Shown: positions 1-9,353 of the stretch, in pieces
Position numbering within the stretch: position 1 is the first letter of the stretch
Layout: every line of letters starts with the position of its first letter
Source: SAR202 cluster bacterium
Lineage (GTDB): Bacteria > Chloroflexota > Dehalococcoidia > Lucifugimonadales > UBA2985
Reading direction: 5' to 3'
Assembly (NCBI GenBank): GCA_009391535.1
Contig: VFHP01000023.1
Location: 11,578-75,577, forward strand
Length of the DNA: 64,000 bases
Position numbers and translations under genes: made by a program
The notes under the pieces: model-generated
Database searches by the model: none
Told to the model about the DNA's origin: nothing
The model's input: only the letters and a program-made list of their open reading frames with translations

Positions 1-678
1 GAACTTTCTATAGATACGTCAACGAGATATGCTAGTGTTTGCCTAGCAGACCAGGCGAATGTATTGTGTCAATATTCTTGGTTTTCAAAGCAAAATCACT
101 CTAAAGAGTTACTGCCAAGTATAGTTAATCTACTAGATAGCTCGGGTATAGATAAAGAGGATTTAGATTGTATTATAGTGGCAGCTGGTCCAGGCAGCTT
201 CAGTGCTCTTCGCGTCGGATTGAGTACCGCTAAAGGGCTGTGTGAGTCTTTAGGCATACCACTAATTTCAGTGAATACTATGGAGATAGAGGCACATAAA
301 TTTAAGGGTCTAGGGTTGCCTATATGTTCTGTATTAGATATTGGTAGAGGAGAAATAGCTGCGTCTATTTATTCAGATGCAGATCAAAAATGGGGTTGCA
401 TTATAAAAGAGGATATATATACGCCTACTGAGTTGTGTTCCACTATAACAAAACAAACTGTATTTTGTGGAGAAGGTATTAAGAATGTATCGGATAGTAT
501 AAAACATGAATTAGGTGCTTTGGCTATAATTCCAGAACAAAACACACCCACAAGGCTTCCGGCGTCCATAGCTGCTATAGGTTACGAAATATTTAGTACT
601 GGGGTTTGGGGGAATGTGTCTACGGTAGAGCCAATTTATTTACGTAGACCTTCTATCTCTAAACCTCGTATAAGTTAG
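1..678 (+). CDS. tsaB: tRNA t6A37 biosynthesis protein TsaB (YeaZ family), 5' end cut by window edge
   Basis: Frame 1 is open from nt 1 (ELSIDTSTRYASVCLADQ..) and runs into ORF 64..678. IDTST and AAGPGSFSALRVGLSTAKG motifs are typical of TsaB. Confidence 0.8.
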   Translation, partial: ELSIDTSTRYASVCLADQANVLCQYSWFSKQNHSKELLPSIVNLLDSSGIDKEDLDCIIVAAGPGSFSALRVGLSTAKGLCESLGIPLISVNTMEIEAHKFKGLGLPICSVLDIGRGEIAASIYSDADQKWGCIIKEDIYTPTELCSTITKQTVFCGEGIKNVSDSIKHELGALAIIPEQNTPTRLPASIAAIGYEIFSTGVWGNVSTVEPIYLRRPSISKPRIS

Positions 679-709
679 TGTTAATAAGAAAAATGTTTAG
701 GAGGTATTT

Positions 710-1168
710 GTGAGTTCAGAAAGATCCTTGGTTTTAGTTAAACCTGATGGTGTTCAGAGAGGTATTAGTGGTGCAGTTATATCAAAATTGGAGTCTAGGG
801 GCCTGAAAATCGCAGGCATGAAACTTTTTCAGATATCAAGAGATCTGGCCACTAGGCATTATGGAGCACATGAAGGCAAGCCATTCTTTGAAGGCTTGGT
901 CAATTTCATAACATCCGGACCGGTAGTGGCCATGGTAGTTGAGGGTCCAAGGGCAGTTGAAATTGTTAGGAGCACAATGGGGGCTACAGATCCACTTAAT
1001 GCCCAACCTGGTACGATAAGAGGTGATTTCGGTATAGAAATAGGACGTAATCTAGTTCATGGGTCTGATTCATTAGAAAGTGCTAAACACGAAATAAATT
1101 TGTTCTTTTCCGCTGGGGAAATAATTGATTACGATAGGGACATAGATACTTGGATTATTGAATCCTGA
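710..1168 (+). CDS. ndk: nucleoside-diphosphate kinase
   Basis: GTG start shortly after AGGAGG. Motifs LVLVKPDGVQRG, GPVVAMVVEG and NLVHGSDS (catalytic His). Confidence 0.95.
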   Translation: MSSERSLVLVKPDGVQRGISGAVISKLESRGLKIAGMKLFQISRDLATRHYGAHEGKPFFEGLVNFITSGPVVAMVVEGPRAVEIVRSTMGATDPLNAQPGTIRGDFGIEIGRNLVHGSDSLESAKHEINLFFSAGEIIDYDRDIDTWIIES

Positions 1169-1517
1169 AAGCCACCTTGCCTTCATTCCATATATTTTCT
1201 AGGTCGTAGTATATCCTTTCCTCTGGCCCAAATAAATGGATTACGAATTCACCGTAGTCCATGAGTAACCATCCTGAATGTGATGAGCCTTCTATGTGGT
1301 GTGCTGATCTGCCCTTATCTTTAAGAGAGATTGAAAGTTCATCAAGAAGAGTGTTCATTTGTCGCTGACTGTCCACTGTAATAATTATGAAATAGTCAGT
1401 AAATGATTGCATTTCTCGTATATCTAGCATAACTATATCGGATGCCAGCTTATCTGATGCTATTTCAACTGCGAATCTAGCTAAATTGGAAAATTCTTCT
1501 GTGGTCTTATTTGTCAT
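1155..1517 (-). CDS. rsfS: ribosomal silencing factor RsfS (iojap family)
   Basis: 120 aa with DIVMLDI..FTDYFIIIT..LMDYGEFVIHLF pattern typical of RsfS. The 3' end overlaps ndk convergently by 14 nt. Confidence 0.85.
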   Translation of the reverse strand: MTNKTTEEFSNLARFAVEIASDKLASDIVMLDIREMQSFTDYFIIITVDSQRQMNTLLDELSISLKDKGRSAHHIEGSSHSGWLLMDYGEFVIHLFGPEERIYYDLENIWNEGKVAFRIQ

Positions 1518-1570
1518 ATATATAGTTTATTCTAATTTGTTGTCAGGTCAACTTTAATGTTAATTATTAC

Positions 1571-1600
1571 TTGACTATGCAAATACTAACTGGTTATTCT
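1571..1600 (+). promoter_or_regulatory. candidate promoter of mnmA
   Basis: TTGACT (1571-1576), 18-nt spacer, TATTCT (1595-1600). The -10 element is weak. Confidence 0.3.
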
Positions 1601-1642
1601 CAGATGTGTTTATTACTTTGTATAGAAATGGAGCGATGAAGA

Positions 1643-2746
1643 ATGTCTAGTAAGGCTAAAGTTGTGGTAGCTATGAGTGGAGGAGTGGATTCTTGTGTGG
1701 CCGCTTGTTTGCTTAAAGAACAGGGCTATGATGTTGTAGGAGTTACTATGAAGCTTTGGGATGACAATTCTGAATCTGGTTCAATTAATTTCAAGGGTTG
1801 TTGTACGTTGGAAGACGTCGAAGATGCTAGACGAGTGTGTCAAATAATAGGTATTCCTCATTATGTTATGAATTTTCAACGAGAGTTTAAAGAGAATGTC
1901 ATAGACTATTTTATTGATGAATATAAAAAGGGAAGAACTCCGCACCCATGTTTAGCATGTAATGACAAAATCAAGTTTGACTTCTTACTTAATAGAGCTA
2001 AGTATTTGGGAGTAGATTACGTGGCTACTGGTCATTATGCGAGATTAAATAGCGATGGTGGATCTCCAATCCTCCGCATGGGAGTCGATGATACCAAGGA
2101 TCAATCTTATGTGTTATTTAATCTTAAGCCTGATCAAGCTCAAAGTCTGATTTTGCCTATTGGCGGATATACCAAACAAGAAATAAGACAAATTGCTAGG
2201 GACTATGGATTGCCTGTTGCCGACAAAATAGACAGTCAGGAAATATGTTTTATACCTATGAACGATTACAGATCTTTCATCGCCGAACGCACCGAAGCAA
2301 TTCCAGGAGACATAATAGATAAAACTGGGAATTTGATAGGAAAACATGATGGAATAGAAAACTTTACAATAGGTCAAAGGAGAGGCTTGGGTATAAATTC
2401 CCATGAGCCTTTGTTCGTAACAAGTATATTAAGAAATACTCATCAGATAGTAGTTGGTTCTTCAAAGGATCTCCTTCAAACGGTTCTTTGGGCGAGTAAC
2501 GTAAACTATATATCTGGATTGGTCCCTGAAACGGAAATTAATATATCCGCTAAAATTAGGTATAAATCTAGTTTGTCTTCCGCCGTTTTGATTCCACATG
2601 GAACCTGGGCTGAGATCAAGTTTTCAGAACCGCAGAGAGCTATTACTCCTGGACAGGCGGTGGTGTTTTACTTAGGAGACACAGTTTTGGGTGGGGGTTA
2701 TATAGAGGCAACCGAATCTGTTCCAGAATTCGCAGGCACATTGTGA
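1643..2746 (+). CDS. mnmA: tRNA 2-thiouridine(34) synthase MnmA
   Basis: PP-loop VVAMSGGVDSCVAA, CLACN, KDQSYVL motifs. 367 aa. Confidence 0.95.
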   Translation: MSSKAKVVVAMSGGVDSCVAACLLKEQGYDVVGVTMKLWDDNSESGSINFKGCCTLEDVEDARRVCQIIGIPHYVMNFQREFKENVIDYFIDEYKKGRTPHPCLACNDKIKFDFLLNRAKYLGVDYVATGHYARLNSDGGSPILRMGVDDTKDQSYVLFNLKPDQAQSLILPIGGYTKQEIRQIARDYGLPVADKIDSQEICFIPMNDYRSFIAERTEAIPGDIIDKTGNLIGKHDGIENFTIGQRRGLGINSHEPLFVTSILRNTHQIVVGSSKDLLQTVLWASNVNYISGLVPETEINISAKIRYKSSLSSAVLIPHGTWAEIKFSEPQRAITPGQAVVFYLGDTVLGGGYIEATESVPEFAGTL

Positions 2747-2802
2747 ATCAAAAACAGTTATTATAATAGATTCATAATATTGTTACTCATTGTATTTTTG
2801 GG

Positions 2803-3462
2803 GTGTGGAGTAGAATAAGGAACGTGAGAAAGATTCAAAATAGACCAGATTTTACCCACGAATCAGAGATATGGTCTCAGGGATTTAATAGTGTGGTTGG
2901 TGTTGACGAAGTAGGTCGTGGTTCTCTCTCTGGTCCAGTAGTAGCTGGTGCTGTAATTATACCTCGTGGATTTAGTGATTCGTGGTTGCGCTCTGTAAGA
3001 GATAGCAAGCAACTTTCAGCGAATCGCAGGGAGTCTATTTTCTCCGAAATCAAAGATTCGGGCTTACTTTGGTCGACTGGTATAGTCGGCAACTCTCGTA
3101 TAGATGAAATAGGAATTCTAAATGCGACAATAGAGGCAATGGTAATCGCAATAACTGATTTAGGTACGAGCCCTGACTTCATATTGATTGACGCAGTGGA
3201 AATAGATGTGCCATATTTGCCTTCCAAATCTATAATTCGTGGTGATCAGATTTCTGTGTCTATTGCTGCTGGATCTATAGTTGCTAAGGTTACGAGAGAT
3301 AGTTTGATGATTGAGTATGATCAAATTTATCCCGAGTATGGGTTCGCTAATAATAAAGGGTATCCCACTGAATTCCACCGGAAACAATTGGCGGAACTAG
3401 GCCCCTGTCCGATTCATAGACTTTCTTTCGCTCCAGTCCATGATGCCGTACGAGGCCCATAG
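2803..3462 (+). CDS. rnhB: ribonuclease HII
   Basis: GVDEVGRGSLSGPVV and DSKQLS motifs. GTG start taken from the ORF track; the exact start is uncertain. Confidence 0.9.
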   Translation: MWSRIRNVRKIQNRPDFTHESEIWSQGFNSVVGVDEVGRGSLSGPVVAGAVIIPRGFSDSWLRSVRDSKQLSANRRESIFSEIKDSGLLWSTGIVGNSRIDEIGILNATIEAMVIAITDLGTSPDFILIDAVEIDVPYLPSKSIIRGDQISVSIAAGSIVAKVTRDSLMIEYDQIYPEYGFANNKGYPTEFHRKQLAELGPCPIHRLSFAPVHDAVRGP

Positions 3463-3557
3463 TGATTTATCGTCTTTCACTTAGCATTTATTAACTGTGA
3501 AAGGATCGTTTACCCTGAATGGACCATGTGATAATATTTGCTTTGTTGGAGATACAT

Positions 3558-3893
3558 ATGCCTATTTACGAATATCGATGTAATGATTGCGAAAGCAAAT
3601 TTTCCGTTCTAAACAGGAGTTTTTCTGAGATCAAAGACCCTGTTTGTGGGGAATGCTCGTCCACCTCTGTCATTAGAATTATTTCTCAGGTTAGAGTTAT
3701 TACAAGCTGGAATGACTTTATGAAAGACCTTCCTTCTTGGGAGACAATGACCGATTTTGATCAGGATGACCCCGGGAGTGCTGCTGACATGATGCGTCGT
3801 ATAAAGGATTTGTCTGGTACGGATATAGGTATGGAAGGGGAAGAATTAACTGCCAGAATGGATGCTATGGACATGATGACAGATGTTGATTAA
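3558..3893 (+). CDS. FmdB-family zinc-ribbon protein with acidic Met/Asp-rich tail
   Basis: MPIYEYRCNDCESKF..CGEC signature. Start re-called to ATG 3558 (GGAG 6 nt upstream) instead of ORF-track 3519. Confidence 0.75.
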   Translation: MPIYEYRCNDCESKFSVLNRSFSEIKDPVCGECSSTSVIRIISQVRVITSWNDFMKDLPSWETMTDFDQDDPGSAADMMRRIKDLSGTDIGMEGEELTARMDAMDMMTDVD

Positions 3894-3931
3894 TTAATCG
3901 ATTGGCCCATTGTATTTTTTATAATATATAA

Positions 3932-4576
3932 ATGTATAACAAAGAAGAAATAGTTAGTAAGATCAAAGGACTTTATGTCATTATAGACTCCCAATTGGCC
4001 GCCGATAAAGACGAGATAGAATTATCCAGACAAGTCTTAGAGGGTGGAGCCAGCGTAATACAGTTAAGAGACAAGTCCCAAAACATGAACAAACTACTTG
4101 AAAAAGCAATTCGTATCAAGGATTTGTGTGAGCAATATGGGGCTATATTTATAGTTAATGATTATCCAGATATTGCACTTGGTAGCGAGGCTCACGGAGT
4201 GCATGTTGGCCAACAAGATATGCCAATAGACGCAGTAAGGAGAATCATTAAACAGGATCAGATAATTGGCAACTCCAACGCTCTTTCGGAAGAAGCTATA
4301 GACTCCGTAAAAAATGGAGTAGATTATTTGGCAGTGGGAGCAATTTTCCCTACCAATACTAAGCAAAATACTAGACCAGCAGGTCTGGAAACTTTGAAAA
4401 GAGTAAGAACAATCTCTACTTTGCCATTAGTTGCTATTGGTGGGATAAATATTGGCAATATTAAATCTGTTATTGAAGCTGGAGCGGATGCTGTATGTGT
4501 AGTTTCGGCTGTTATAGCGCAAGATGATCCTGAATCAGCCGCTAGACGGTTAGTTAAAGAATTTAGTTTTAAGTAG
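3932..4576 (+). CDS. thiE: thiamine-phosphate synthase
   Basis: 214 aa with LYVIID, IQLRDK, GVHVGQQD, GAIFPTNTK, VAIGGI motifs. Confidence 0.85.
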   Translation: MYNKEEIVSKIKGLYVIIDSQLAADKDEIELSRQVLEGGASVIQLRDKSQNMNKLLEKAIRIKDLCEQYGAIFIVNDYPDIALGSEAHGVHVGQQDMPIDAVRRIIKQDQIIGNSNALSEEAIDSVKNGVDYLAVGAIFPTNTKQNTRPAGLETLKRVRTISTLPLVAIGGINIGNIKSVIEAGADAVCVVSAVIAQDDPESAARRLVKEFSFK

Positions 4577-4667
4577 GATTAGTTTAATTCTAAAAAAGTA
4601 GATTAATGAGAAATATTGGTATAGTATTAAAGTGCTTATCATAAAATTACCTTATAGACTGTAAACA

Positions 4668-5141
4668 TTGAGTGACATAAAAGATCCAGAATCAGATAAA
4701 ATAGCTTATCCCTCACAAGAGGAATATAGCACCAACGAAATAACGCACAAGAGTAAATTTTTTGTGGCTGTTGCCGCGTTTGTGGTTGTAATCACTTATC
4801 TTGGATTCACTGCCTTTCAAAGTGCTAGTTCATATTACATGACCGTAGGAGAAGTATTGGAAAAAGGGGATATGGTATATGACAAAAGCCTTAGGGTGAA
4901 TGGTAAACTTGTTCATGATTCTTTTCAGAGAGAATCTTTAGGGGCTACTATGCATTTTGCTATAACTGATGGGCAAGATGAGATAGATGTAACTTACGGG
5001 GGCTTGGTACCAGACCTCTTTTTCAACGAACATTCAGAGATAATGTTAGAGGGTGAATACAGCCGCGAGGGCATATTTGAGACCGATACAATAATAGTAA
5101 AATGCCCAAGCAAATATCAAGCCGTGGAAGAATCTGCATAG
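4668..5141 (+). CDS. ccmE: cytochrome c maturation heme chaperone CcmE, CxxxY variant
   Basis: TTG start, N-terminal TM anchor, OB-fold core (LRVNGKLV..VPDLF..EGE). C-terminal VKCPSKY sits where canonical CcmE has the HxxxY heme site. Confidence 0.8.
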   Translation: MSDIKDPESDKIAYPSQEEYSTNEITHKSKFFVAVAAFVVVITYLGFTAFQSASSYYMTVGEVLEKGDMVYDKSLRVNGKLVHDSFQRESLGATMHFAITDGQDEIDVTYGGLVPDLFFNEHSEIMLEGEYSREGIFETDTIIVKCPSKYQAVEESA

Positions 5142-5156
5142 TTTATTTTTTATTAA

Positions 5157-6023
5157 CTAAATCTGAAAAGCTGCAATCTGCCTATCAAGATCACGGGCAT
5201 TGGCCTTCTCCCGCATAACATTGAATCTTTGATCTAACGGGTCAGATTCATCTCGCTGATAGATCACCCCCAAAGGTATTCCTTCTTCTTGCAGAAGGTT
5301 GTACGCAGCCTGTTTACTCGAGGGGTCATGTGATTCTGGTACATCGTGTACAGTAGCATCAATTCCCTTTTTTGCATTTCCTTTAAGCAGATCATAGGTG
5401 TCGTTGTACGTAGTACAGGGTGATTGCACGTGCACAACTGAGAATCCTGGATGCTTCATCCCTTGATTTATTAGGTTTGTTAGTTCTTTAATTTTACTCG
5501 AAAATCCTGACGCTACGAAACTTACACCAAGGGTTAGATACAACTCCAACGGGTTCAGAGAATTCTCCAGTTTTCCAAAGGGTGTAGTAGGAGTAATAAC
5601 TCCCAAGTCGGTCGTTGGAGAACTTTGGCCTTTGGTAAGTCCATAAACTCCGTTATCCATTACTACTGCTGTAACATTCAGGTTTCTTTGAGCCATAGGA
5701 GCTATATGTTCCCCTCCTATGCTTAAGAAATCTCCGTCACCTGAGACAACTACTACATTTAAATCAGGATTTGCCATCTTTACCCCGAATGATATAGGCA
5801 GTGACCTTCCATGTATTCCGTGCAACCCAAATGGCTGCTCGCCATCATAGAGGTGGACAATGTTGCCTGAGCATCCAATACCTGCTACAACCACTGTGTT
5901 TGCCATAGGCATTTCAAGTTCTACATTTCTTTGTTGTACAGCCATCTCCAAGGCCCTTTTTACTCCAAAATCACCACATCCTGGACACCACTTAAAATCG
6001 TACTCTGGATTTTTCTTGCTCAT
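5157..6023 (-). CDS. 2-oxoacid:ferredoxin oxidoreductase, beta (TPP-binding) subunit (KorB/OorB-like)
   Basis: FKWCPGCGDFG N-terminal motif, GDGD..GG TPP-binding region. 4-nt overlap with the alpha subunit gene. Confidence 0.9.
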   Translation of the reverse strand: MSKKNPEYDFKWCPGCGDFGVKRALEMAVQQRNVELEMPMANTVVVAGIGCSGNIVHLYDGEQPFGLHGIHGRSLPISFGVKMANPDLNVVVVSGDGDFLSIGGEHIAPMAQRNLNVTAVVMDNGVYGLTKGQSSPTTDLGVITPTTPFGKLENSLNPLELYLTLGVSFVASGFSSKIKELTNLINQGMKHPGFSVVHVQSPCTTYNDTYDLLKGNAKKGIDATVHDVPESHDPSSKQAAYNLLQEEGIPLGVIYQRDESDPLDQRFNVMREKANARDLDRQIAAFQI

Positions 6024-7735
6024 ACGTTCACCAGACCCTTCTTATGACTAGCTATTCTGTCTTTGATTCTTGTGACGAGGTCTCCAACTTTGAAAGGAGT
6101 TCCGGTATATTGTGTTATAGATTCTGCATTAACACCTTTAGCTCTCAGCAACATGGCAAACTGGCCCAGGTAGTTTAATTCTGGGATCAGAACCAATTCC
6201 TTGCTCTTCAATTCTTCTAATAATTGCGGAGGCAGTGGATTAAGCTGCATGGTGTAATACCATCCGATTTTCTGATTTTCTCCCATCATTATGTCATATG
6301 CTTCCCTTGTAGGCCCTTTCGAACCACCCCAAGTCATGATAGCTATAGACTCATCTTGATTTTCTCTCTCATAGTTGTCGTCTTTGAGAAGATCTAACTT
6401 ATTGAATCGCCTATGTGTCATATCTACATGTCTGTTAGGTAGGTGAGTCGTATCGCCTATAGGATCGTGTTCACTTCCGTTAGCTATGTAAGCACCTGGA
6501 CCTCCGGGCACCGGCATTGGAGAGACATCTACTCCGTCATATCGTTCGTAACCATTGTTACCTGTGTATACTTTTCTATTTTCTACGATTACTTTGCTGA
6601 GATCTGGCTTTGGTATGTTTTGAGCTTGTTCAGATAAGCCATGATCACTCAGTATTATAACTGGTCCTTGATAACGTTCCGCCCAATTTAGGGCTAGTGC
6701 TGCCCCTGTGAAACATTCTTCCACTGTTCCAACGGCTATTACAGGTATACTAACGTCACCATGGGCAGGGTGTATTGCTACTAAAAGATCAGATTGCTCA
6801 ACTTTGGTTGGCAATCCGGTGGCCGGACCTCCCCTTTGAACATCGATAATCACTGTGGGTATTTCGGCCATCCAAGCAAGTCCTATTCCTTCACTCATAA
6901 GGCTGAGCCCTGGACCTGCTGTGGAAGTCATGGATTTTTTACCAGCGAAACCAGCACCTAGTATTGCATTTATGGATTCTATTTCGGAACTGGCTTGGTA
7001 TACAAACTTACCTGGTCCTGTCAGGTTTCTTTCCATATATACCAGTACGGTTGTGGCTGGTGATATAGGGTATCCGACAAAAACATCTAGGCCAGCAGCT
7101 ATTGCACCAATAGCCAAAGCATCATTTCCTTTTATAAGCAACTGTTCACCTGATGGAGGTGTGGGATCTTCCAAGGCTCCCAAACTGAATCCACTCTTCT
7201 TTGCTTCTTCAGCTCCTAAAGACAAAGCCATAATATTACCTTTTATTATTTCTTCGTCGCCTGGTCTCCCACGAGAGAATCTCTTTGTGACATATTCAGG
7301 TAAATAATGCTCCGGCATATTCACTAGATATGCTATTGCGCCTAGCATAACCATATTAGCGGCTCTAGGATTTCCAGTTGATTTGGCCAGTTCGTCTATG
7401 CGCATACCAAAACTTTTCTCATCTTCTTCAAGTTGAAAGTCTTCGGCATTGTATATTATAACTCCACCATCTCTGACTTCAGATTGATGAGTGTTGTAGG
7501 CTTCTCTGTCTAGTGCTACGAGTACATCCAGTTGATCTCCATAACTGAGCACGGGAGAGGTGGAAATTCTGGCTTGAGCGAAGGTAGGGCCCCCCATGAT
7601 CTGAGATGGAAAGGTTACAAAAGTTTTTACGTGGTAACCTACTTGGGAGGTCACTTGGGCTAATAACTCAGCCGAGGTTACTAGACCGCCTCCACCTTCT
7701 CCAGCGAATCGAACTACGAAATCAGTGTTACGCAT
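6020..7735 (-). CDS. 2-oxoacid:ferredoxin oxidoreductase, fused gamma-alpha subunit (KorA-like)
   Basis: 571 aa. N-terminal PorG-like domain (FAGEGGGGLVTS) followed by an alpha domain (GNDALAIGAIAAG..GYPISPAT). Substrate not assignable from sequence alone. Confidence 0.9.
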   Translation of the reverse strand: MRNTDFVVRFAGEGGGGLVTSAELLAQVTSQVGYHVKTFVTFPSQIMGGPTFAQARISTSPVLSYGDQLDVLVALDREAYNTHQSEVRDGGVIIYNAEDFQLEEDEKSFGMRIDELAKSTGNPRAANMVMLGAIAYLVNMPEHYLPEYVTKRFSRGRPGDEEIIKGNIMALSLGAEEAKKSGFSLGALEDPTPPSGEQLLIKGNDALAIGAIAAGLDVFVGYPISPATTVLVYMERNLTGPGKFVYQASSEIESINAILGAGFAGKKSMTSTAGPGLSLMSEGIGLAWMAEIPTVIIDVQRGGPATGLPTKVEQSDLLVAIHPAHGDVSIPVIAVGTVEECFTGAALALNWAERYQGPVIILSDHGLSEQAQNIPKPDLSKVIVENRKVYTGNNGYERYDGVDVSPMPVPGGPGAYIANGSEHDPIGDTTHLPNRHVDMTHRRFNKLDLLKDDNYERENQDESIAIMTWGGSKGPTREAYDIMMGENQKIGWYYTMQLNPLPPQLLEELKSKELVLIPELNYLGQFAMLLRAKGVNAESITQYTGTPFKVGDLVTRIKDRIASHKKGLVNV

Positions 7736-7929
7736 TTAAACCCTACCTTATTATTAATGGATTAATGGGTTAACCTATATACAGTGAAATTATCACCGTA
7801 TAATAGGCAAAACGTGCCCAAACTGTGCTCGATTAACTCTATCAAAAAAATCTTGTTGATGTCAATAACGATTGGTATTTAAAAAACATCTTGATTAAGG
7901 GTTAATTCTCTTAAATTTAGCTCTCTAGA

Positions 7930-7959
7930 TTGACATTCAAGGGATTAGAATGATATATT
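7930..7959 (+). promoter_or_regulatory. candidate promoter in the kor / citrate synthase divergent region
   Basis: TTGACA (7930-7935), 18-nt spacer, TATATT (7954-7959). Confidence 0.35.
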
Positions 7960-8129
7960 TCACGCAGTGGATGCCAGCTTTGGCAGAACTCGAATGGAGG
8001 TTCTCACTCCATTTACGTTTTTTGAAGGGTTCAATATTTGACATATCAGTCAATTAACCTTCTCTTATTTTTGAATATCCTAAGGTGGTTAGTAAGATTT
8101 AGATAGCCATATCTGTTTCGAGGAGAGGC

Positions 8130-9266
8130 ATGACATCAGAAATAGAAATTAAGAGAGGACTGCAAGGGGTTTATATAGATAGATCTAAGAGCAGCTTTAT
8201 AGACGGGACTGAAGGCAAGCTATTGTACAGAGGATACTCGATACATGATCTAGCAGAAAAGTCGTCATTCGAAGAAATAGCCTATTTACTCCTATATGGC
8301 GAGCTGCCTAATAAAACACAACTTGAAGATTTTGACAGCAATCTACGTGACAGCAGAAGTATACCTGCGGAAGTGATTGAAATAATTAGAGTAGTGAAAG
8401 ATTCTCACCCGATGGATGTATTGAGAACAGCAGTTTCTGCATTGTCAGCTTATGATAATGAAGTGGCAGATAACTCGGTAGAAGCTACTATACGCAAAGG
8501 GATAAGGCTCACTGCTCAGGCGCCCACTATTGTTACAGCTCACGCCAGGATCAAGGAAGGTAAGGATCCAGTTTCTCCGAATTCCAACCTAAATCAGGCG
8601 GCAAATTTTCTTTACATGCTTTTTGGGGAAGAACCCACGGAACAAGAAGCGAGATTAATGGAAAAGGATTTTGTGATACATGCCGAACATGGTATTAATG
8701 CATCTGCTTTTGCAGCCAGAGTTGCTGCTAGTACTAACTCTGATTTACATTCTGCGGTTGTATCTGGGATAGGTACATTAAAAGGTCCTGCCCATGGTGG
8801 TGCGGCTGAAGAAGTAATGGCTATGGCCCTAGAAATAGGAGAGGAAGAAAAGGCAGAAAGTTACGTTAGAAATATTTTGGATGGCGGCGGCAGAATAATG
8901 GGGTTCGGTCACAGGGTATACAAGGTGGAAGACCCGAGAGCTAGACATCTTCAGACAGAATGTCAAGCTTTAGGCGATCAAAAAGGTCAGCCTAAGTGGT
9001 TTCGCATACTTAGCAAAGTTGCAGAAGTAATGGAACCATATCAATCTAGAGGAATCTGTCCTAATGTGGATTTTTGGGCAGGTGCTATGTACCATCTTAT
9101 GGGCATACCTAAAGAATTGTTCATATGTATATTTGCTATGGGGCGCATTCCGGGTTGGACTGCTCAAGTTACAGAACAATTTTCTAATAACATTCTTCTG
9201 AGACCACTACTTCTTTATGATGGACCCATGGACTTACCATACGTACCTTTAGATGATCGAAAATAG
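8130..9266 (+). CDS. gltA: citrate synthase (short, ~378 aa type); a 2-methylcitrate synthase cannot be excluded
   Basis: HAEHGINAS, GPAHGGAAEE, GFGHRVYK, DPRA motifs. Confidence 0.85.
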   Translation: MTSEIEIKRGLQGVYIDRSKSSFIDGTEGKLLYRGYSIHDLAEKSSFEEIAYLLLYGELPNKTQLEDFDSNLRDSRSIPAEVIEIIRVVKDSHPMDVLRTAVSALSAYDNEVADNSVEATIRKGIRLTAQAPTIVTAHARIKEGKDPVSPNSNLNQAANFLYMLFGEEPTEQEARLMEKDFVIHAEHGINASAFAARVAASTNSDLHSAVVSGIGTLKGPAHGGAAEEVMAMALEIGEEEKAESYVRNILDGGGRIMGFGHRVYKVEDPRARHLQTECQALGDQKGQPKWFRILSKVAEVMEPYQSRGICPNVDFWAGAMYHLMGIPKELFICIFAMGRIPGWTAQVTEQFSNNILLRPLLLYDGPMDLPYVPLDDRK

Positions 9267-9353
9267 ATGTACAAACGATCAGAATAGACTATAAAAACAG
9301 TTTAGTTGATACGTTCTGTGTGGTTCTGCTCAGTACTAGACACCGGTCTAACC

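Noticed and set aside
1155-1168. The convergent 14-nt overlap of the ndk and rsfS 3' ends (and the 7-nt sbcC-like/MFS overlap at 21189-21195).
   Set aside because: Short 3'-3' overlaps are common in compact genomes. Nothing suggests frameshifting or antisense regulation beyond that.
6855-7307. Long antisense ORFs: 6855..7307 (+), 25027..25353 (-), 29879..30259 (-), 40306..40776 (-), 42223..42501 (+), 43428..43832 (+), 45843..46199 (+), 47433..47819 (+), 47759..48103 (+), 52117..52521 (+), 61992..62387 (-).
   Set aside because: Each lies fully inside, or across the ends of, a strongly motif-supported gene on the opposite strand. None has a recognisable family motif or SD-supported start. All show the low-complexity Ser/Pro/Thr-rich composition typical of shadow ORFs.
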